64,000 nt of DNA, taken from the NCBI GenBank assembly GCA_035529575.1, contig DATKWM010000009.1, positions 150 through 64,149 on the forward strand, read 5' to 3'. Positions within the stretch are counted from its first letter, which is position 1. Each line of letters starts with the position of its first letter. A model generated the notes under the pieces. The model had not been told where the DNA came from. It did no database searches and saw only the letters and a program-made list of their open reading frames with translations. Made by a program: the position numbers and the translations under genes. Source of the DNA: Desulfatiglandales bacterium (GTDB lineage: Bacteria > Desulfobacterota > DSM-4660 > Desulfatiglandales > B25-G16). This document shows positions 58,690-64,000 of this stretch, piece by piece.

Positions 58690-58961
58690 ATAATGAAATA
58701 TATCAGAAAATTTATCCTGCTGTAAGCGGGAAAATCATTGTCGATTTTAGTTATCGTACTTTAATTGACATTTATACCCATCTTGGAGCGTTGGAGTACT
58801 GGAGGAATAGATAGTATAAACGAAATAAGTTTTTACTCCCCTCCTTCATTTATACTCTTGTCCTGAACAACGTGAAGAAAAAAAATTCACCCACAGCTCC
58901 ATCATTCCATAACTCCAATATTCCAATTGGGGCAAAGGCCCTAAGTCCAAAACCTGCGAGT

Positions 58962-61247
58962 TTATTTTCCAACTACAGTGACGGGCTGACTTGGCTTACT
59001 TTCTAAGCCATCCTTATCAACTGCTGTTACGGTGTAATCCCTACTCTTTCCTGGTTTAGGAGAAACTACACTACATTGCGGCTCTTTCACGGTGTCTACC
59101 TTTCGTGGACCTAAAAATCCTTTTTCAAAAACATTGTATGATGTAATATCTGACTCAGTGTTATTCGACCAGGTAAGGGCCGTCTTTCCTTGTTCAACTC
59201 TTGCAGTAAGCCCTGTAGGTGCCCCTGGTTTCGGTTTTGTTTTGATGGTTCTTGTATCTGAAAAATCACTTATGAGGCTATCTTTATCCTCGGCTGTCAT
59301 TTTATATCGATATTCCCACCCATCCTGAAGCCGCTTATCCACATACGAAGTTCCCCCCTCAACAGAGGCTATTTCAGAAAAATCTTTTTCATCACCTGAA
59401 CTCCTGAAGATATGGTATTTTGCGATATCATCCTCTGGATTTGGATGCCAGAAAAGAGGTATTTTTTTCACATGAAGGCTTTCCCCTCCAAATCCAGAAG
59501 GTCTGACAGGCCGCGGTTTGGTGGTTGCAGAAATTATGTCTGATGGCTTACTTTCAATGTCTACCTTGTTATAGGATGTCACCTTATAATAATAGGTGGT
59601 GTTGTCCTTTAAGAAACCACCTCCACTGAATGCAGAAAATAGTGTACCATTGGTTCCCTTATCATGGTAATTGTTCTTATTTTGATTATCTATCGTTTTA
59701 ATCGAGATATATTCCCCTTCCCTTGCGGTTGAGCGATACAATTTATACCCTTTGACCTCCTCCTCGGCGCACATATTCCACAGAAGTTTTACCATTCTGG
59801 CCAACCCGCTTTTTGCGTTCAGCCTCCTTGGTGTGGGAGGTCGTCCCTTGGTTGTAGCTGACACCACATGTGACATGGACCCCTCTCTTTCATTATCTTC
59901 AAAAAGAGAAACCCTGTAGTAATATGTTGTTTTATCTTCCAGGCCTTCGGTATCGATAAAACTATCAGTCTCACGACCAATAATTGTTGTTATTTTTATA
60001 AATCCTTGCTCTGGTGACATACTCCTGTAAATAACATAGCCTTTAACATGCCCTGAGAGAGTTGGTGTCCACCTCAGTTCGAGCTGTCGTATCATATCTC
60101 CTGTGGCCACAACCCCGTTGACTACAGGCAGGCAACTGCCTTTCATACCACTTGAGAGGTCACTTTCCAGGTTTTTTTCATTGTAGGTGCTTACTTTGAA
60201 ACAATATTGCTCTCCATCAGCCAGATTTCTATCCAGATACTCTATATCGGCAGCGGTATCAATCCCCCCGCCTAAATCTTTTTCCGTCAGATTAGCTATC
60301 TCCGCATAAGGGCCCTCTTCTGTATTTGCCCTATATACCTTGTATCCCATTAATTTGTGTGGATCAGGGCTCTTGGTTGGATTCGGTGACCATAGTATCT
60401 TGATACTCTTTACGTGAGACTCGGCGTTGAGAATAATAGGAGGATTTGGAGTTAGTGCTGTTTCAGCGCGGATCGTTGCGGAGAAATCACTCTCTTTGCC
60501 TTTTGTATCGAATGCCTTAATTCTATAATAGTATGCGGTGTTTTTCTCTAAGCACTCATCAACATAGTTGCTTTTCGTTACCTGTGCTATTTTTACAAAT
60601 GGGCCTTCTTCTGATTGACTGCGGAATATTTTGTAGCCTTGAGATTTTGAATCAGGAGCACCTTCCCAGTAAAGACCTATTTTTGAACTCCCAGGCCTCG
60701 AGACTATTTTCACTGGATGTGCTAACCTGCCTTTTGTTGAGGATGCTTTTATTGCATCACCCATTTTTATGGGAATAATCTTTGCTATGTTACTGCTGAG
60801 CCGCCTGATTTCCTCCTGTAAGCCTGAATCTCCAAACGATCTCACCTTTCTGATATATATAAAGGATCTCTCTGTTATTTTGGCAACCTTACAAGAAATT
60901 TCGATTACAGGACCATTCTTTTTGACAGTACCTACAACAATCATATCCAGACCAAGCCTGTTTCCAATAGTAACGACATTAGAAAGATCGCAATTTTGCT
61001 GAAGATCATTAAGGTATAAAAAGCCCTCTAATTCTTTCCGATTAAGGATGTTGAGAGATGAAGTCCTTTGTAAAAAGTTGATAAGTGTATTCGTAACAGT
61101 CGCATCATATCCCCGGGCATCTAAATTGAGGACATTAAAGTTAAAAACAGCAATTTTTGCCTTATGAGGATACGCTGGCTTTGGATAAAGGGCGAGTATA
61201 ATAAGCAGTGAAATCCAAAAAAGATAGGGAAATGATTTTTTTTTCAT
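58962..61247 (-). CDS. secreted protein: N-terminal CsgG/LpoB-like module followed by about six fibronectin type III-like repeats
   Basis: Signal peptide from MKKKSFPYLFWISLLIILAL (the ORF extends to 61274). KIAVFNFNV...NRKELEGFL...LGLDMIVVGTV module. Repeats contain GYK[IV][FY]RS...YYY[RK][IV]. Confidence 0.75.
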   Translation of the reverse strand: MKKKSFPYLFWISLLIILALYPKPAYPHKAKIAVFNFNVLNLDARGYDATVTNTLINFLQRTSSLNILNRKELEGFLYLNDLQQNCDLSNVVTIGNRLGLDMIVVGTVKKNGPVIEISCKVAKITERSFIYIRKVRSFGDSGLQEEIRRLSSNIAKIIPIKMGDAIKASSTKGRLAHPVKIVSRPGSSKIGLYWEGAPDSKSQGYKIFRSQSEEGPFVKIAQVTKSNYVDECLEKNTAYYYRIKAFDTKGKESDFSATIRAETALTPNPPIILNAESHVKSIKILWSPNPTKSPDPHKLMGYKVYRANTEEGPYAEIANLTEKDLGGGIDTAADIEYLDRNLADGEQYCFKVSTYNEKNLESDLSSGMKGSCLPVVNGVVATGDMIRQLELRWTPTLSGHVKGYVIYRSMSPEQGFIKITTIIGRETDSFIDTEGLEDKTTYYYRVSLFEDNEREGSMSHVVSATTKGRPPTPRRLNAKSGLARMVKLLWNMCAEEEVKGYKLYRSTAREGEYISIKTIDNQNKNNYHDKGTNGTLFSAFSGGGFLKDNTTYYYKVTSYNKVDIESKPSDIISATTKPRPVRPSGFGGESLHVKKIPLFWHPNPEDDIAKYHIFRSSGDEKDFSEIASVEGGTSYVDKRLQDGWEYRYKMTAEDKDSLISDFSDTRTIKTKPKPGAPTGLTARVEQGKTALTWSNNTESDITSYNVFEKGFLGPRKVDTVKEPQCSVVSPKPGKSRDYTVTAVDKDGLESKPSQPVTVVGK

Positions 61248-61293
61248 CACCTCGTCTACACAGATTAAGTGCACATGAATTACTATCCACTCA

Positions 61294-63279
61294 CTACATA
61301 TCCTGAGTCAGTGTGGCAATCATCTCAGCGGATTTTTTAGATATTGGACTTGCGATACCCTTAAGGCGTTCATCATAGATAGCATCGGTATACCCCTCTA
61401 TGGCATCTTCGTATCTACGCCTTTTTAATTGTTTTTCTCCCTCATTGAAATAGCCTAACTCCAGGCTCTGGAAGTGTTTTAAAATACTTAAAGCAACCTC
61501 TGAGACCTTTTGGTTCGTCAGCGTATCTAATACCTCCACCTCTGCGGGAAGTTCTAAGGGATCTTCTTTGATATTTGCTGCAGGAAGTCCATGATGATAG
61601 CCATCCTCTTTTCCAAGTTTACCGGAAACAGTATCGGCAAAAATGTTCTCTCCCGTCATAGTCTCGACTAATTTATAGGCGATCTCTACAAAACTCATTA
61701 TCTTAGTGATCCCAGTCTCATAGGTGAAAAGCTTATACACTGGTTTTTCTATTTTCATGGGTGGAGCGGTTTTCATCTCCTCCTCAGTAGGATTGGTATG
61801 CACAATCCGCCATCTCTCAAAGTCCGGATTACTCTCTGTCCGGGTATCTATCTGAACCCTGACGGTGTTAGTACTTGGATAATTTTTACTTTTAGATGAG
61901 AAATGCAACACATCCCCCAAGATAAACGTATCTATCCCTCTCATCTTGCCTACTCTTTTTGCGGTATCTATATCAACCAGCCCGGTCTGACCTAACTGCA
62001 TCTCTTTTAAGATAGATTGCAGGTTTTCCCGCTCAATAATCTTCAAATCCCCACTTGCATTTTTGGATAAAAAGGTGACGAGCTTGCTGGCAATTATCCT
62101 GCCGGCATCCTTATTATCAATCGGATACGAAAAGTCAAAGACCGCAATAGATTTCCTGATCCTATTTTTAATCTTATCCTCTACCAGCTGTAATTTATGA
62201 AAAACTCCCTTATAGTCAGGATTAATGCTGTCCAGTTGCTTCAGCCATACAATTGCATTGCCCCACTTTTTTAGTTCTATATACACATCACTTCTTTGAT
62301 CAAGTTTCTGGCAGAGGCTGTGAATAAAATCTTTATAAAAACGGCTCTCAACAAGAGAAGGAGAATATTGTAACGATACATACAATTCCTCAGCCGCTCT
62401 TTTCAGCTTTCTCTGGGAAGACAATTTCATTGCGTTATCAAAATGGGCCTGACCACCTTTGCGTTTTAATGCGTCAATCCTTTTTAGAAGCTGTTCATTA
62501 TCTGGCTCGTATTCCAGCGCCTTTTTATGAAGAAAGATCGCTCTATCCCAGTCCCTTGCCCCTATTGCTTCCTCTACCTTTTTGATGAAATAATCGATAC
62601 TATCATTGGCCTGAGCGGTTTTAAAAAGCTGCTGTATATCGTAATAATTCGGATCGATTTCAATAACCGCTTTGAAGGCACTTACCGCCATCCCCCAGTC
62701 CTCTTTTTTGCTGAATTCTATCCCTTGTTTATAAAATATTTGCGCAGCATTTTTTTCTGCTGTGGCCAGTTTATCCTGTGTTTCTTCGTATCCTGGAAAT
62801 AATTTTTTTATTCTTTTTAGTTTTTCTGTTGCACCCATCCATTCTTTATGAGCCAAATCAGCATCAGCTTGAGTATACAGGGATTTGACAGTGCCTAAAA
62901 GATCATCTTTTCTTTTGACAAGATCACTAAACAGAGTGTTTATTGCGCTATTCTGTGGATCTAAACTGTGGGCACGCTCTGCCTCCTTCACAATCCTATC
63001 CAGTTCTGGAAAGGTAGGATCCGGGTTATCTGCCAATAGTTTTTTCGTCTTTCTGTAATGAACAAGCGCCAATTCCTTTTTAGCCTTGGCTAAAGACTGC
63101 GCATATTCCTTGCTTTGCGGATTTTCTTTAACTGCCTTCTCATAAAATCCTATCGCATCACCCCAGCGTCCCTTTTCACTTAACTCTTGGCCTGTTTTAA
63201 AATTTTGTTGACCTGCAATACATCCGAACATAAAAACGAAGGATATACACACTGCCAGAAGCACGTCTTTTCTTTTCAT
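61294..63279 (-). CDS. lipoprotein with TPR repeats and a central CsgG/LpoB-like module
   Basis: Lipobox FMFGC. TPR-like helices. KSIAVFDFSYP...IIERENLQSILKEMQLGQTG...AKRVGKMRGIDTFILGDV. Confidence 0.75.
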   Translation of the reverse strand: MKRKDVLLAVCISFVFMFGCIAGQQNFKTGQELSEKGRWGDAIGFYEKAVKENPQSKEYAQSLAKAKKELALVHYRKTKKLLADNPDPTFPELDRIVKEAERAHSLDPQNSAINTLFSDLVKRKDDLLGTVKSLYTQADADLAHKEWMGATEKLKRIKKLFPGYEETQDKLATAEKNAAQIFYKQGIEFSKKEDWGMAVSAFKAVIEIDPNYYDIQQLFKTAQANDSIDYFIKKVEEAIGARDWDRAIFLHKKALEYEPDNEQLLKRIDALKRKGGQAHFDNAMKLSSQRKLKRAAEELYVSLQYSPSLVESRFYKDFIHSLCQKLDQRSDVYIELKKWGNAIVWLKQLDSINPDYKGVFHKLQLVEDKIKNRIRKSIAVFDFSYPIDNKDAGRIIASKLVTFLSKNASGDLKIIERENLQSILKEMQLGQTGLVDIDTAKRVGKMRGIDTFILGDVLHFSSKSKNYPSTNTVRVQIDTRTESNPDFERWRIVHTNPTEEEMKTAPPMKIEKPVYKLFTYETGITKIMSFVEIAYKLVETMTGENIFADTVSGKLGKEDGYHHGLPAANIKEDPLELPAEVEVLDTLTNQKVSEVALSILKHFQSLELGYFNEGEKQLKRRRYEDAIEGYTDAIYDERLKGIASPISKKSAEMIATLTQDM

Positions 63280-63380
63280 ACTCCCCTCTCTTTAAACAGA
63301 TCACCTCGTATATATAAACCAGTAAATAGGAATAGATTACACACGTGATTGGTTTTTTCGCACCCTGAGAAACGCCATGA

Positions 63381-64000
63381 TTATGGTGAAAGCCCAATCT
63401 CCAGCCTGTTCTGGCTTATTTCAGATATTGTAATGGACCTGTCACCTACATTTCGTCCTTCTAAGTCATTGGCTAACGACTGTGTATCACCCTGAAAATC
63501 TAACTCCATCTCTGCCCTTCCCTGGGCATATGATCTCAGCCGTATGTCCTTTATTCCCCGGACTTCATTCGCCAGAAACGTTTTAAATGAGCTTAACTCA
63601 TCAAAAGAGTGAAATTGTGAGGCAAAAAGTTTTACCTCAACCGTATTCGTTAACTCAGATGACCATCGGTTTAAAATATCATTCATTAATGTGCCGGCCA
63701 GCAACTCAGCGCCCTGTTCTGTAGTGGGTTGAATTAAGCCTTGAATACCAGGTAGTCGTTTTGTCTCGCTTCCAGTGGTAATAATTGCACCTGTGTCAAC
63801 ATTGACTACCTTCGCAGATATCGTCGCACGATTGGAATACATTTCAACATCACCAACCCTAAACGGATTGCTGCTGGTTTCCACGCTACATAAAAGTATC
63901 ACCTCAGCTCCAAAACGCTGCCCGACCTGAGCTGCACCCTGTGGATCACGAGCCAGGCTCGTAAGACGGTCATGTTCTAAATTTTTTCTGACAGTCTCTG
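63381..64000 (-). CDS. CsgG/FlgT-like periplasmic protein, C-terminal part (5' end outside the window)
   Basis: The frame is open to the window edge. ...AAQVGQRFGAEVILLCSVE...ATISAKVVNVDTGAIITTGSE followed by a beta-rich C-terminal domain. Confidence 0.6.
   Translation of the reverse strand, partial: ETVRKNLEHDRLTSLARDPQGAAQVGQRFGAEVILLCSVETSSNPFRVGDVEMYSNRATISAKVVNVDTGAIITTGSETKRLPGIQGLIQPTTEQGAELLAGTLMNDILNRWSSELTNTVEVKLFASQFHSFDELSSFKTFLANEVRGIKDIRLRSYAQGRAEMELDFQGDTQSLANDLEGRNVGDRSITISEISQNRLEIGLSP

Overview
This is a 64-kb chromosomal segment from a low-GC bacterium. Most genes have clear Shine-Dalgarno sites. The gene content suggests an anaerobe: a 2-hydroxyacyl-CoA-dehydratase-type pair, a NifX/NifB-like protein, a Tat-exported ApbE and several PilZ proteins. 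The lineage cannot be fixed from the sequence alone. I support about 60 protein genes, one tRNA-Met(CAT), two homopolymer-frameshifted genes and one gene fragment. I found no rRNA, CRISPR array, transposase, integrase, reverse transcriptase or recognisable defence gene. Layout: (1) 0-22 kb is mostly housekeeping: coaX, ribF, apbE, hflX, dnaB, rplI-rpsR-rpsF, ClC channel, HtrA, hisF, sirtuin, asd. (2) 22.5-48.8 kb is an amino-acid and peptide uptake and turnover block. It holds threonine aldolase, a GalT-family enzyme, a 5-gene peptide ABC importer, an M20 amidohydrolase, isoaspartyl dipeptidase, two ThrC-fold enzymes plus RidA, a polar amino-acid ABC importer, aspartate racemase and a Liv-type ABC importer. 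(3) 49-64 kb is mixed: acyl-CoA ligase, a LemA-NTase-TPM operon, queD, tRNA, ogt, a FabD-like gene, and a three-gene envelope cluster of CsgG/LpoB-like lipoproteins with TPR and FN3 repeats. The most unusual signals are non-coding. Two inverted copies of a ~370-bp quasi-palindromic element bracket block (2), and they differ by one compensatory stem substitution. A direct duplication of the galT 3' end brackets a 16.4-kb sub-block inside that. A tiny GC hairpin is flanked by 4-bp direct repeats and is present as an indel between the two element copies. A three-copy intergenic module is built from GTTCNNN heptads. A ~180-nt rod-like folded element lies at 19.7 kb. hflX also appears to start at a non-canonical ATA codon. 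I could not run any searches, so all family calls rest on motif recognition in the translated ORFs.
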